From contig CAWJQU010000005.1 of assembly GCA_963845145.1 (NCBI GenBank), positions 1,152,001 to 1,216,000 on the forward strand: a stretch of DNA of 64,000 nt. The letters run 5' to 3'. This stretch comes from an uncultured delta proteobacterium. Its GTDB lineage: Bacteria > Desulfobacterota > Desulfobacteria > Desulfobacterales > QNYZ01. Made by a program: the position numbers and the translations under genes. This document shows positions 30,991-40,780 of this stretch, in pieces. The notes under the pieces were generated by a model, which saw only the letters and a list, made by a program, of their open reading frames with translations, made no database searches and had not been told where the DNA came from. The number at the start of each line of letters is the position of its first letter. The stretch's first letter is position 1.

Positions 30991-31770
30991 ATGAACAAAA
31001 TTATTGACACCGAATCATTGTCAAAAGAAGCCATAGAACAAATTTGGCGCTTGGTTACATCAACCGAATCTCTGGAAAATATCGATCCGGTTGCGATCTC
31101 GTTTCAGGGATCGGGAACCCGAACCCGGACTACTTTTATTCAAGCCCTATCGCACCTGGGGTTACAATACATCGAGCTTCCGCTGTTTTTGGAAACAAAA
31201 GAAAGAGCACAAGACCTGGCTGGATACTTAGATCCGTTTTATTCCCTTTATGTCGTTCGCCACAATGACCATGAGCGGATGAAAGCCTTTTCGAATGCAT
31301 CGCGGCGGCCGGTGATTAATGCCATGTCATCTTTAGAGCACCCTTGTGAAGCGCTATCGGATGCGTATTGGTTTCATACCGTTGTAAAACCACTTGATAA
31401 AGCAAATATTGTCCTATGGGGTCCCTCGACCAATGTCTTAAGAAGCTGGGCCAATCTCGCGAGTACGTGGGGTTCAAGCGTTACCCTGATAGATAGATCC
31501 TTAGATGACCTTCCAAAAAATATTGACCTTATCGTTACCGATGGGTGGCCGCAGACATATGAAGAACGAAACTTGCATCTCACCCAAAGCCATCTAAAGC
31601 AGATGGGGTTGCCCTTTCTTCTACCCACACCACCTTTTGCCATCGGCCAAGAGCTGGATTTTGATCCCCTTCTTTATGACAACTTCGCCGGTTACAACCA
31701 GAAACGATATTTGCTGAAGGTGCAAAAAGCGATCATCCGATATGTCATTGATGAATATACCACCTCATAA
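30991..31770 (+). CDS. Divergent ornithine/aspartate carbamoyltransferase-family protein
   Basis: FQGSGTRTRTTF, PVINAMS..EHPCEALSD, IVTDGW. Confidence 0.75.
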   Translation: MNKIIDTESLSKEAIEQIWRLVTSTESLENIDPVAISFQGSGTRTRTTFIQALSHLGLQYIELPLFLETKERAQDLAGYLDPFYSLYVVRHNDHERMKAFSNASRRPVINAMSSLEHPCEALSDAYWFHTVVKPLDKANIVLWGPSTNVLRSWANLASTWGSSVTLIDRSLDDLPKNIDLIVTDGWPQTYEERNLHLTQSHLKQMGLPFLLPTPPFAIGQELDFDPLLYDNFAGYNQKRYLLKVQKAIIRYVIDEYTTS

Positions 31771-31809
31771 TATTGATTCAAAAAGGAGTCGAATAAATCG
31801 TTTTAAAAC

Positions 31810-32400
31810 ATGGGTAAAGACCCAATCAACTTTGTAAGTCGCTGGGTTAGGCGATTATATTCCACACGCATGATGTTGGCCCTGCTACTAGCTGTCTTCG
31901 GTTTTTTCTGGCTATTCAGTGTCTCACATTTTCCCCTTTCCAACCCGGAACTGTTAAAACTCAGCCGTCGTGAGGGATTGCTCGATCTGATGCCATTCTA
32001 TACCGCCCAGGAGGCGTTCATGGCTCTATCCCATTACGGTCAGGCGGGCAGAGAGCTATATCTGAGATTTCTTGCGGCGGATTTTATTTTTATTCCAACA
32101 TATTGTTTCGGTCTCGCTTTTCTAATCACATGGATCTCGCAAGCAGTTGGCTGTGAGCGTGCGCTTTGGTTAAAGCTTAACGTGCTGCCCTTTGGCGTTG
32201 GCCTATTCGATTGTGTGGAAAATTTCTCTATTCTTGGCATGCTTGGGGTGTATCCGGATGCCAGTTTTGTGCTAGGCACATTGGCGGGCATTTCTACATT
32301 ATGCAAGCATCTTTTAACAGTAATGGTTCTGCTGACGATTGGTTATGGCGGGTTTATTCTGCTAATGAAAACATTCGGTAGACAGTCAAGTGACAGTTGA
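31810..32400 (+). CDS. Hypothetical membrane protein
   Basis: About 4 hydrophobic segments; RBS AGGAG upstream. Confidence 0.75.
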   Translation: MGKDPINFVSRWVRRLYSTRMMLALLLAVFGFFWLFSVSHFPLSNPELLKLSRREGLLDLMPFYTAQEAFMALSHYGQAGRELYLRFLAADFIFIPTYCFGLAFLITWISQAVGCERALWLKLNVLPFGVGLFDCVENFSILGMLGVYPDASFVLGTLAGISTLCKHLLTVMVLLTIGYGGFILLMKTFGRQSSDS

Positions 32401-32433
32401 TTTATTAAAGATGGTCAGAAAGGATTAGCCAAC

Positions 32434-32532
32434 ATGATCTGGACACAAAACGATTTTTCGGTTTCTTCAGAAAAAAAACAGGTGGATATTGATACCCTTC
32501 ACAACAAGTTTAAACAATCAATTTTTGCGTGA
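32434..32532 (+). pseudogene. Possible 5' remnant of a GNAT acetyltransferase
   Basis: MIWTQNDFSVSSEKKQVDIDTLHNKFKQSIFA* resembles GNAT N-termini (ISTDK..LD...IH..L..SYWA); ends just before the REP. Confidence 0.4.
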
Positions 32533-32541
32533 ATTCCATCT

Positions 32542-32607
32542 GTAGGGGCACCCCTTGTGGGTGCCCGGTGATCATGCTACAGGGCAACCACAAGGGATTG
32601 CCCCTAC
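32542..32607. repeat. REP-like inverted doublet (GTAG family)
   Basis: gtaggggcaccccttgtgggtgccc ... gggcaaccacaagggattgcccctac. Confidence 0.88.
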
Positions 32608-32683
32608 ATAAGCACATCCATTCCGGGGCTTCGGGCGGTCTTGAAAAAGATAAAAAAACGATGACGCAGGCATCTTACCACCA

Positions 32684-33229
32684 TTAATCCGGCCCCCTTT
32701 TGACTCGATTAAAATGGTATCTCAACCAAGCCCCACACAAAGCCATCTCCACCAATGCAGTCATTATTTTTACCCACCAAACCGAATCATATCCCCAACC
32801 AAAATAAAGGGTAAAAATAATGGCAGCAAAAAGGAGATTATCTGCAATGGCACAGATCAGAATCGGGTAGGTCTTGCCCAGGCCCTGGAATACGGCCGAT
32901 ACGGTTAAAATCGTGCCGACCACCCAATTGGAGAGAGACATGATCCTAAGATAGATGACGCCGTAATGGTTGACTTCATGGTTTTGGCTGAAAATTTGAA
33001 TTAAATAAGATGGAAACAACCAGCAGATGATGGTGCCGGCGACCATGATCAATGCGCTGATGCGCCATCCCGTCCAGAATGTACTGACGACCCGCCCATA
33101 ATTGTTGGCACCAAAGTTTTGCCCCACCATGGCTGCCATGGCCTCGGAAATGGCGACCGTTGGCAGATAGATCGCCTGGATGATCCGAAAACCAATCCCT
33201 AAAGCGGCCAGGGCTTGAGTGCCGTATGA
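32684..33229 (-). pseudogene. 3' half of a MATE efflux transporter
   Basis: YGTQALAALGIGFRI...MVGQNFGA...AVFQGLGKT; begins directly after the asd stop, N-terminal half missing. Confidence 0.8.
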
Positions 33230-34315
33230 TCACGCCAGATACCCCTGGGCTTTGAGCAGTTCCGCCGTAAGGATCGCGCCACCCGCCGCACCCCGAATGG
33301 TATTGTGATGCAAGCCCACAAAACGGATATCAAAAACGTTACATTCTCGCAGACGGCCCACGGAAACAGCCATGCCTTTCTCGCGATCGCGATCCTTGCG
33401 AGGCTGGGGCCGATCATTTTCTTTACAGTATTTAATAGGATGTTTAGGTGCCAAAGGCAGATCGAGTTCCTGGGGAAGGCCCGTGAATTTACGCCATTGG
33501 CGTTTAATATCTTCTATATCCGGTTTTACCCCCTCAAAGGCCAAGCTAACACAAGCGGTATGGCCATCGGTCACCGCTACCCGATTACAGTGGGCGGCAA
33601 TTTTTGGCCCATAGGCATTGACAATGACCCCATCAAGGATTTTCCCCAGCAATTTCAGAGGCTCCACCTCCGACTTTTCCTCCTCTGCGTTTATATAAGG
33701 TACGATATTATCGATGAGATCCAGGGCAGATGGGCCTGGGTAGCCGGCACCCGATACTGCCTGCAACGTGGAAACGATCATGTGTGAAATCGGGAACCCT
33801 GCTTGGATCAAGGCATATATCGGGGTCATATAGCTCTGGACGCTGCAATTGGACTTTACGACTACAAGCCCCTTTTCCCAGCCACGTTTGTGACGTTGAT
33901 GAGGAATTACGGCCAAATGGTGAGCGTTAACCTCCGGAATGATCATGGGAACGTCGGGCGTAGCGCGATGGGCCGAATTATTCGACACGACCGCTAAGCC
34001 GTGATCAGCGTAGTCCAGCTCAAGGCGTACCACGGCCGATTTTTCCAGACTGACTGCCGAGAATACGAGTCGACAGCGGTTTTTAGCTTCAGCACTCTCG
34101 TTCGCGTTATGTACGGTAAGCGTCCGAACACTTTTAGGAATCGGGGTCGGCATCAACCATCGACCTGCTACCGCTTCTTCATAAGTTTTTCCGGCCGAAC
34201 CCGGGGATGCGGCCACATAAGTCACCTCAAACCATGGATGCCCGTCTAACAACCGTATGTAATTTTGCCCAACCATTCCCGTCGCACCAATCACTCCTAC
34301 CGCAATCTTAGCCAT
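33230..34315 (-). CDS. asd: Aspartate-semialdehyde dehydrogenase (archaeal/fungal-like type)
   Basis: IGATGMVGQ, IPEVN, SNCS, QAVSGAG, HCNRV, HNTIRGAAG; RBS AAGGAG. Confidence 0.95.
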   Translation of the reverse strand: MAKIAVGVIGATGMVGQNYIRLLDGHPWFEVTYVAASPGSAGKTYEEAVAGRWLMPTPIPKSVRTLTVHNANESAEAKNRCRLVFSAVSLEKSAVVRLELDYADHGLAVVSNNSAHRATPDVPMIIPEVNAHHLAVIPHQRHKRGWEKGLVVVKSNCSVQSYMTPIYALIQAGFPISHMIVSTLQAVSGAGYPGPSALDLIDNIVPYINAEEEKSEVEPLKLLGKILDGVIVNAYGPKIAAHCNRVAVTDGHTACVSLAFEGVKPDIEDIKRQWRKFTGLPQELDLPLAPKHPIKYCKENDRPQPRKDRDREKGMAVSVGRLRECNVFDIRFVGLHHNTIRGAAGGAILTAELLKAQGYLA

Positions 34316-34340
34316 GATGGTCTCCTTTTTATGGGGATTA

Positions 34341-34382
34341 AAATAAAAAAGCCCAGGCACGTAAAGCGCACCTGGGCTTGGA
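34341..34382 (-). terminator. Attenuator terminator upstream of asd
   Basis: AAGCCCAGG-N13-CCUGGGCUU followed by UUUUAUUUU. Confidence 0.85.
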
Positions 34383-34409
34383 TTCATTCACTATTGGCTA
34401 TCTATCAGA

Positions 34410-34496
34410 TCATATCAAACATCCTTTTAGCAAATAGCGAGACCAAGCCCATGGGCACTTAGTGCCCGTGGTAGTTATGGTCAGGCTATTTCTCAT
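34410..34496 (-). CDS. Thr-rich attenuator leader peptide (thrL-like)
   Basis: MRNSLTITTTGTKCPWAWSRYLLKGCLI*; contains UGGGCUUGG, complementary to CCAAGCCCA at the 5' arm of the terminator. Confidence 0.75.
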   Translation of the reverse strand: MRNSLTITTTGTKCPWAWSRYLLKGCLI

Positions 34497-34747
34497 TCGG
34501 ATTAATCGAGACATTATCTACTTTATTTGATAGCTTATAAAATATTAGCATGTAGCTAAACCAAAACTGCGGGGCATGTCAACATTTTTCACTCAGCCGC
34601 ACAGGTGTATGTGTGTTTTTATTAACAAACCTCGTGAAACTAAGGGGTTGAATTGTAACCTTGTAAATTATATTGAGCATGAATGATTACCATTTTTAAG
34701 AACGAATCGAATAAAAATATTTGAAAATCATCCTGAAGGGGGGGCAA

Positions 34748-35086
34748 ATGAGTTCAACCGTTGAGAACCGTCGCCATCCACGTATTCCATTAAACTGGCC
34801 GGTTGTTATGATAACCCCCCAAGGAACCGTCAAGGGAGAAACCGGCAACCTTAGTGTTGGCGGAGCCCTCATTTTATGCTCCGAAATACCCGAATTGGGG
34901 GATGAGTTTCAAATCACCCTCAAATCCTCCAGCGACCATGAAATGTTCGTCACCTGTGAGAAGGCTTGGGCCTCTACATTCAACACGAATGGATCCACCT
35001 TATGTGGAATGGGCGTCCGCTTTACAAAACTATCAGCCACTGACCACGAATTTATCTCCGCACTGGTCCAGGAATACATTATTTAA
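34748..35086 (+). CDS. PilZ domain protein
   Basis: ENRRHPR (RxxxR), NLSVGG, GMGVRF. Confidence 0.9.
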   Translation: MSSTVENRRHPRIPLNWPVVMITPQGTVKGETGNLSVGGALILCSEIPELGDEFQITLKSSSDHEMFVTCEKAWASTFNTNGSTLCGMGVRFTKLSATDHEFISALVQEYII

Positions 35087-35103
35087 GGGTTTGTGTGAAA
35101 TTA

Positions 35104-35901
35104 TTATTGCGCGGGCCCTAAGCGCTGGATGAACTGACACATAGCATCTAAAACCGTATTTTCACGATCGCGGTGCGGCGCATGCCCACAACCGGATAGC
35201 ATCAATGTTTCAGCCCCTGCCCCGGCTTGTTGGACGATCGCATCAACTTGCGCCGGGGTGCCGTAGTTGTCGTTTTCACCTTGAATCGCCAATACCGGAA
35301 CACGAATTCGCGGCAGAAATTCTTCGATATTCCAGTGGATAAAATCGGGGTGCAACCACGCATCATTCCAGCCCCAAAATGCGGTGTCGATATTGGGGCC
35401 ATGGTATTTTTTGAGTTTTTTGCGCAGATCGTTTTTAATATAGTTTTCTTTGGCCTGTTTAATGGCCTCTATGTTAAATGGTTCACAAGAGACATGGGCG
35501 GCTTCGGTAATGACGCCTCGTAAACCTTTAGACGCTGACCCGCCGGCATGAATCAAGGCGATGGAGCCGCCGTCGGAATGACCGATGATGATATAATCGT
35601 CTATGGATGCTTGTTTTATTATCTGAGGGAAAACCGATAGACCCTCATCATGCATAAAGCTCACCGGGCGCGGTAAGGGGCACGGATCCGAGCCGCCATA
35701 TCCGAAGCGACTGAAAACAAAGGCTTCGCAACCGGTTAAGGCTGCCAGCTTGGCCGGAAATTCCCGCCATAGCGCTATACATCCGAGCCCTTCGTGTAAA
35801 AAAACAAGGGTACTCTGGTTATCTGACATGGCGGATATACGCGCAAATTCGACGCGCCTACCGGCAATGGTTAAAACCCCTTTTGTAATGAACGCTGTCA
35901 T
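35104..35901 (-). CDS. Alpha/beta hydrolase
   Basis: FLHEGLG, GHSDGGS, QGENDNYG, CGHAPH. Confidence 0.92.
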   Translation of the reverse strand: MTAFITKGVLTIAGRRVEFARISAMSDNQSTLVFLHEGLGCIALWREFPAKLAALTGCEAFVFSRFGYGGSDPCPLPRPVSFMHDEGLSVFPQIIKQASIDDYIIIGHSDGGSIALIHAGGSASKGLRGVITEAAHVSCEPFNIEAIKQAKENYIKNDLRKKLKKYHGPNIDTAFWGWNDAWLHPDFIHWNIEEFLPRIRVPVLAIQGENDNYGTPAQVDAIVQQAGAGAETLMLSGCGHAPHRDRENTVLDAMCQFIQRLGPAQ

Positions 35902-36704
35902 TTGGTTGCTCTATGGGTGTAAAAGGTTGCGGTGATTTGAAGTAGCACGAGATAGAGGGTGGCGCCACTAAACGCCAAAACCGTGCCGGAAAATATGCCC
36001 CATGTCGGATAGGCCAACGAGACGATAAAAGCGTAAACAATGATTGAACCCAATCCCCAGGGAAAATTTTTAATGATAGTGGTCACATGTTCAATGTCGT
36101 AGGTCAAATGGACGATGATTAGTAGCGGAAAAAGGGTTGATGGAAATGCGGAGAGCACACCCGCCCATTGGGGACCGACCACCTTGCCCATGCCCGTAAT
36201 CACGACGACAATGATGGCGGCCAATCCAGCGCGCAATCCAAATACGCGGCTGCTGAAGGCCACAGGCTGACGAATCTGCTCGTTTTTGATTCTTTTAAAA
36301 AGCCATATGAAAAAAAAGATGGAAACAATGGGGGCCAGCAGAGCTGCACCCATGTTCGGGCGAAACAGTTGGATGATACCGCCCACAGCCAAAAATCCCA
36401 CAATGGCGATCACGCTGCTATAGAGAATCGTAAATCTGCCTGAAAACCTGGAGGCACGATAATAAAAATAGACAAACGCCTGGGTGCTGATCAATCCCGG
36501 CATGGTATAAACGGCACTTTCGGCGGCAAATTCCGGGCTGACTTCCCATCCGTAAAAAAAGAGCACAATGGCGACGCCCAACGGATACCCGGACAAAACC
36601 CCGGCCACCGAAGTGCTCACTCGCTCGGCCACCAACGAGAGGGTGATGACAACACTGATTGTCACCATGATCTTGATTAAAATAAGCGTATTGAAGATAA
36701 TCAT
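35898..36704 (-). CDS. Hypothetical multi-pass membrane protein
   Basis: Internal duplication (AGVLSGYP / AGVLSAFP); many TM segments. Confidence 0.8.
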   Translation of the reverse strand: MIIFNTLILIKIMVTISVVITLSLVAERVSTSVAGVLSGYPLGVAIVLFFYGWEVSPEFAAESAVYTMPGLISTQAFVYFYYRASRFSGRFTILYSSVIAIVGFLAVGGIIQLFRPNMGAALLAPIVSIFFFIWLFKRIKNEQIRQPVAFSSRVFGLRAGLAAIIVVVITGMGKVVGPQWAGVLSAFPSTLFPLLIIVHLTYDIEHVTTIIKNFPWGLGSIIVYAFIVSLAYPTWGIFSGTVLAFSGATLYLVLLQITATFYTHRATK

Positions 36705-36862
36705 ACGTTTCCTGAGGGCTGTGCCGGTTGTAGTAGTTGCGTTTGTTGCTCCGGAACCTTATAATTTGAAAATTACGAACCGTCAGCAGGCTGCGAAGGC
36801 ATATCAAAATACGATGGCGGCCGCAATGGTGCATCTCGTCGGGCATGGTAAATACTATATCG

Positions 36863-37786
36863 ATGAAAACCAAATTAAAATCAGACGTATTCTTATTAAG
36901 TGTGGGCTTTATCTTTTTGATCACTTGTGCCTGCTCAGAAAACCCGATCGCCCAATACCATATGATAAATGTTAATAATAAAACCCAGGGAGATGCCCAT
37001 TATATTAAAATAGACGATAAAAATATTCTAATTGATACGGGCTCTTTGAGCGAGTCCAAGGCATCATTAGTACCTTACTTGAAGGAAAAAGGGGTCGGTC
37101 GAATCGATATTCTTTATATTTCTCATCTGCATAAGGATCACTATTCGGGGGTGAAATCGCTTCTGAAGGCTGGGATTAGTATTTCGTTGGCATATGTTAA
37201 TATTCATGCCAAAGAAGTTTGTGAGAAGGATTGCTGCTGTGACTGGGCCCATGCGATGGCTTATATCCAATACCTTAAATCTCATGGAACCAAAATAATT
37301 GATGTACAAGCGGGCGACCGCAAGAAGATAAACAACGGTTCTGAGTTTCTAGTATTACATGCACAGAAAAACGGGAAGTACGATATAAATGATACATCCA
37401 TAATTTTACTGTGGAAAATAGGAACTTACAGAGTACTGTTTGCCGGGGACCTAAACCGAAAGTTAAGTAAGAAGCTAAAAAATCATCCTGAAATTCATGC
37501 AGACATTTTAAAGGTGCCGCATCATGGTACTGAAAGCCTATCCACCAATACTTTTATAGAAAATGTTGGCGCAAAAGTGATGACAGTCCCCAGCCCCAAA
37601 AAATTATGGGAGTCCGACCGGTCAAAACGGGTAAGAACCTTCAAATATAAAAATGGCGAAGACCCGATTAAACTTGTTAATGGCGTGGATGGTCATATTC
37701 GAATAGACTTTTACCTTGGAAAAATATCAATTGCCACGGAAAAAGGGAAGAGCTTCACCTTAACCAAAGCCGCCTTCGGCAGATAA
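36863..37786 (+). CDS. ComEC/Rec2-like metallo-beta-lactamase-fold hydrolase, possible lipoprotein
   Basis: Reads on the + strand (ATG 36845/36863, TAA 37784-37786; track strand label is wrong); QGDA, LIDTG, SHLHKDH, FAGD, KVPHHG. Confidence 0.88.
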   Translation: MKTKLKSDVFLLSVGFIFLITCACSENPIAQYHMINVNNKTQGDAHYIKIDDKNILIDTGSLSESKASLVPYLKEKGVGRIDILYISHLHKDHYSGVKSLLKAGISISLAYVNIHAKEVCEKDCCCDWAHAMAYIQYLKSHGTKIIDVQAGDRKKINNGSEFLVLHAQKNGKYDINDTSIILLWKIGTYRVLFAGDLNRKLSKKLKNHPEIHADILKVPHHGTESLSTNTFIENVGAKVMTVPSPKKLWESDRSKRVRTFKYKNGEDPIKLVNGVDGHIRIDFYLGKISIATEKGKSFTLTKAAFGR

Positions 37787-37889
37787 GGTCCTGTTTGTCA
37801 CGAAAACCAACCCACGTTCTTGAAACATGCCCACCAAGGCGTTTTTGATCTCTTTGTGCTCCGGCCGAACGGCGCCCCGTAATTATTTT

Positions 37890-38834
37890 TCAGTGGATCG
37901 GCATATATCGCAAGTGTGAAGCAAAATCGATTACCAAAGAAATGAAGCAGGCGACCACCGGGGTCAACACCCAGGCTACCACGATATTGAGTAATGTTTT
38001 GCGGCTGACCGTATTCACGCCCTTGACGATTCCCACGCCGAGTATCCCGCCGATCACTGCCTGAGAGGTGGATACCGGTACGCCTACCAACGTGTAGAAA
38101 TGGACTGTCACAGCCAGGGACAGAATCACGATAAAGGCCGAAAAAGGATCTAAGCGCACGAGTTTTTTGCCTACTGTTTCCATCACCGGCCGGCTATAGG
38201 TCAGTATTCCCAAGGCGATGCTCAACCCTCCGATCAAAGCCGCTTGCAGCACTGTGATGAGGCCCGCGCCTACAAACACAGCGGTTACATTGGCCACGTT
38301 GTTGGCACCCAGGGAATAGGCACCGTATGAGCCGGCTAAGATCAGGCACATGCGCAGAATCATATCGGATTGAAAGAGATTAAAGCCTAGGCGATTATAG
38401 ATCATGCGTAAGGTATGGTACAGCAGCACTGCAATAAGCGCCGCACCGATGGGGGTCCCTATCCAGCAGAGCACCACCTTTCCCAACCCACCAAGGTTCA
38501 ACTGTCGGTTGAGAATACCGATGCCGAGGATGGCGCCCACCACGGCCTGGGAGGTAGACACCGGCAAACCCAGCAGGGTCATGATGGTGACCGTCACTGC
38601 GGCCGCCACAGATGATATCACAGCCTGTTCCAGATTGATTGTGGTTAGTCCGCTAAGCGTCTCAATGCCGGCTCGGCCGGAAACCAATGCGCCCAGGATG
38701 ACGAAGATTGATGCCAAGACGGCCGCGGTCCAAAATTTGAGCATTTTGGAAGAAACCGCCGTACCGAAAACGTTGGAGGCGTCGTTGGCCCCCAATGACC
38801 ATCCTAGAAAAACACCGCCAAGTAGAGAGACCAC
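37890..38834 (-). CDS. pit: Inorganic phosphate transporter (PiT family)
   Basis: GANDASN, PVSTSQA (twice), GANNVAN. Confidence 0.93.
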   Translation of the reverse strand: MVSLLGGVFLGWSLGANDASNVFGTAVSSKMLKFWTAAVLASIFVILGALVSGRAGIETLSGLTTINLEQAVISSVAAAVTVTIMTLLGLPVSTSQAVVGAILGIGILNRQLNLGGLGKVVLCWIGTPIGAALIAVLLYHTLRMIYNRLGFNLFQSDMILRMCLILAGSYGAYSLGANNVANVTAVFVGAGLITVLQAALIGGLSIALGILTYSRPVMETVGKKLVRLDPFSAFIVILSLAVTVHFYTLVGVPVSTSQAVIGGILGVGIVKGVNTVSRKTLLNIVVAWVLTPVVACFISLVIDFASHLRYMPIH

Positions 38835-39487
38835 TATACCCGCCTTTTCATACTAATGATATTTATCCGTCGCGATACCCGGTCGGCTTCGTCCGAAATG
38901 TCTCCCATCTGAACAATCAGATCTTTGAGTTGCAGCTTGCAAAATGGGTCCAATTCCGAATCGAAAACTTTGACGATAATTCGCCGTTCAATGTGGTCGC
39001 AGTGACTTTCGTTAGCGTCGATAGTGTTCATCAGTGAGCGGATTCCGTTGGTTTTAGATAACAGGGCCCGAACCTGCTTATCCATTAAATCGCAGCATTC
39101 TAAACTGATACGAATCAGTTCCTTGATATCCAGGACTAAAAAGCCGGGGATTTCTAATTTCTGGGTCTGAATGATATAGAGAATCCGCTCGAAGCGATGG
39201 GGGATGATGTCGATGGATTCGAGCAATCCCATAATGTCACCCCGTGAGTCAGGCACCAGGGCCTTGCCATACATCAGGGATTTTATCTCCTCGCGGATAT
39301 CGTCGGCTTTGGATTCATACTTGTGGGTGCGATCAATGAAAAAATCGGCTTCTGTGCGACATCCCCCCTCGAGACAACTGTCAAGGGCTTTGGTGAAGTT
39401 GTCCTGGGCCAGTTTCAAGGTGTCCAGATAGTTGAAAATAAGGACTTGCACCTGTTTTTCTTTTTTAAATAAAAAATTAAACATCAT
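38834..39487 (-). CDS. DUF47 / PhoU-like phosphate transport regulator
   Basis: ESKADDIR, ESHCDHIE, DISDEADR; coupled to pit. Confidence 0.9.
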   Translation of the reverse strand: MMFNFLFKKEKQVQVLIFNYLDTLKLAQDNFTKALDSCLEGGCRTEADFFIDRTHKYESKADDIREEIKSLMYGKALVPDSRGDIMGLLESIDIIPHRFERILYIIQTQKLEIPGFLVLDIKELIRISLECCDLMDKQVRALLSKTNGIRSLMNTIDANESHCDHIERRIIVKVFDSELDPFCKLQLKDLIVQMGDISDEADRVSRRINIISMKRRV

Positions 39488-39751
39488 CGCCTCTAATCTT
39501 AACTAAATTTGATCCCGGGGATCGCGCCCCGTCGCTTAAGCGCATAACCAACAGAATTAATCAATTATGGCTTTTACTTATATCGAAAGCTTTTTAAAAG
39601 TAATGGAAATCTGGTGTTGATGTCGCGTTGAATCCTTTTTTCGGTGTTTCAAAAATAGGCCCTGTTGCCAAGACATACACTATAGATTCCTTTCGATCAA
39701 TTACCCTCCTTGACAAACTCGGTATAATTAATTAGAGGTTCAGGAAAATCA

Positions 39752-39877
39752 GTTTTCGGGGGCTCGGATAAACCGGGCTGAGACCGATCCTTGCTTTTTG
39801 ATTGGAATTAAGACTCACCAACAAGCTGTGGATCTAACCGTTGAACCTGATCCGGATAATGCCGGCGCAGGGAAGCC
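39752..39877 (+). ncRNA. TPP riboswitch
   Basis: GGGGGCUC...CUGAGA...ACCGUUGAACCUGAUCCGGAUAAUGCCGGCGCAGGGAA upstream of thiM. Confidence 0.95.
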
Positions 39878-39884
39878 GCTCAAT

Positions 39885-39917
39885 AAAGCCGTTCCATTGC
39901 CGGGACGGCTTTTTTCG
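39885..39917 (+). terminator. Riboswitch expression-platform terminator
   Basis: AAAGCCGUUCC-AUUGCC-GGGACGGCUUUUUU. Confidence 0.85.
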
Positions 39918-39967
39918 TTTGGTCGGGTTCGATGGTACTTACGTAATCCTTTTTTTAAGGAGGCAAG

Positions 39968-40780
39968 ATGACCTTACCGACAGACATGGCGGCCCAAAAT
40001 CTTATAGCCGTTCGGCAAAAAAAGCCGTTGATTCATAACATCACCAACTACGTGGTGATGAACACCACCGCCAATGCCCTCCTCGCCATGGGGGCTTCTC
40101 CGGTCATGGCGCATGCCGCTAATGAAGTGGCGGAGATGGTGGCGTTTGCAGGGGCGCTGGTGCTTAATATCGGTACGTTGAGTGACCCCTGGGTGGCCGC
40201 CATGATGGCCGCCGGCAAGCGTGCATCGGAACTTAATACGCCCATCGTATTAGATCCGGTGGGTGCCGGTGCAACAGCATTGCGGACGCGCACGGCCAAA
40301 GAGATTGTGAAGAAAGTGGATGTCACGGTTATCCGCGGAAATGCGTCGGAAATATTGGCCCTGCGTCACGCCGATTCCAAAACCAAAGGTGTGGATGCCG
40401 TTCATACGGTTGATGAGGCCGCCACCACCGCCAAGTTGTTGGCCAAGGAGCTAGGCGTTACACTGGCCATAACCGGGGCAACCGATTTGGTAACGGACGG
40501 GGAGCGCGTATTTAGAATTGAAAACGGGCACCCGCTCATGGCCTGTGTGACCGGGACGGGTTGCACAGCCACGGCAATTGTGGGGGCGTTCCTGGCTGTT
40601 GACGATGATCCGGTGAGCGCCACCGCGACAGCCTTGTCCTATTTTGGCCTGGCGGGCGAGGTTGCCGCCGAACAGGCCCAGGCACCGGGGAGTTTTATGG
40701 TCGCCCTGCTCGATGCCCTTTATACCATTACGCCGGAGAGCCTCTCGATCCGGGCTAAAATAACATTGGAGACCGGATGA
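39968..40780 (+). CDS. thiM: Hydroxyethylthiazole kinase
   Basis: PLIHNITNYV, GASPVMA, LDPVG, RGNASEI, TGTGC. Confidence 0.96.
   Translation: MTLPTDMAAQNLIAVRQKKPLIHNITNYVVMNTTANALLAMGASPVMAHAANEVAEMVAFAGALVLNIGTLSDPWVAAMMAAGKRASELNTPIVLDPVGAGATALRTRTAKEIVKKVDVTVIRGNASEILALRHADSKTKGVDAVHTVDEAATTAKLLAKELGVTLAITGATDLVTDGERVFRIENGHPLMACVTGTGCTATAIVGAFLAVDDDPVSATATALSYFGLAGEVAAEQAQAPGSFMVALLDALYTITPESLSIRAKITLETG

Noticed and set aside
32684..34315. Read-through of the asd TGA into the in-frame MATE fragment (Sec or fusion)
   Set aside because: Asd is complete at its normal C-terminus, the position is not a conserved Cys, and no convincing SECIS follows; a deletion junction is simpler
36845..37786. 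ORF track label of minus strand
   Set aside because: ATG GTA AAT at 36845 and TAA at 37784-37786 are on the + strand
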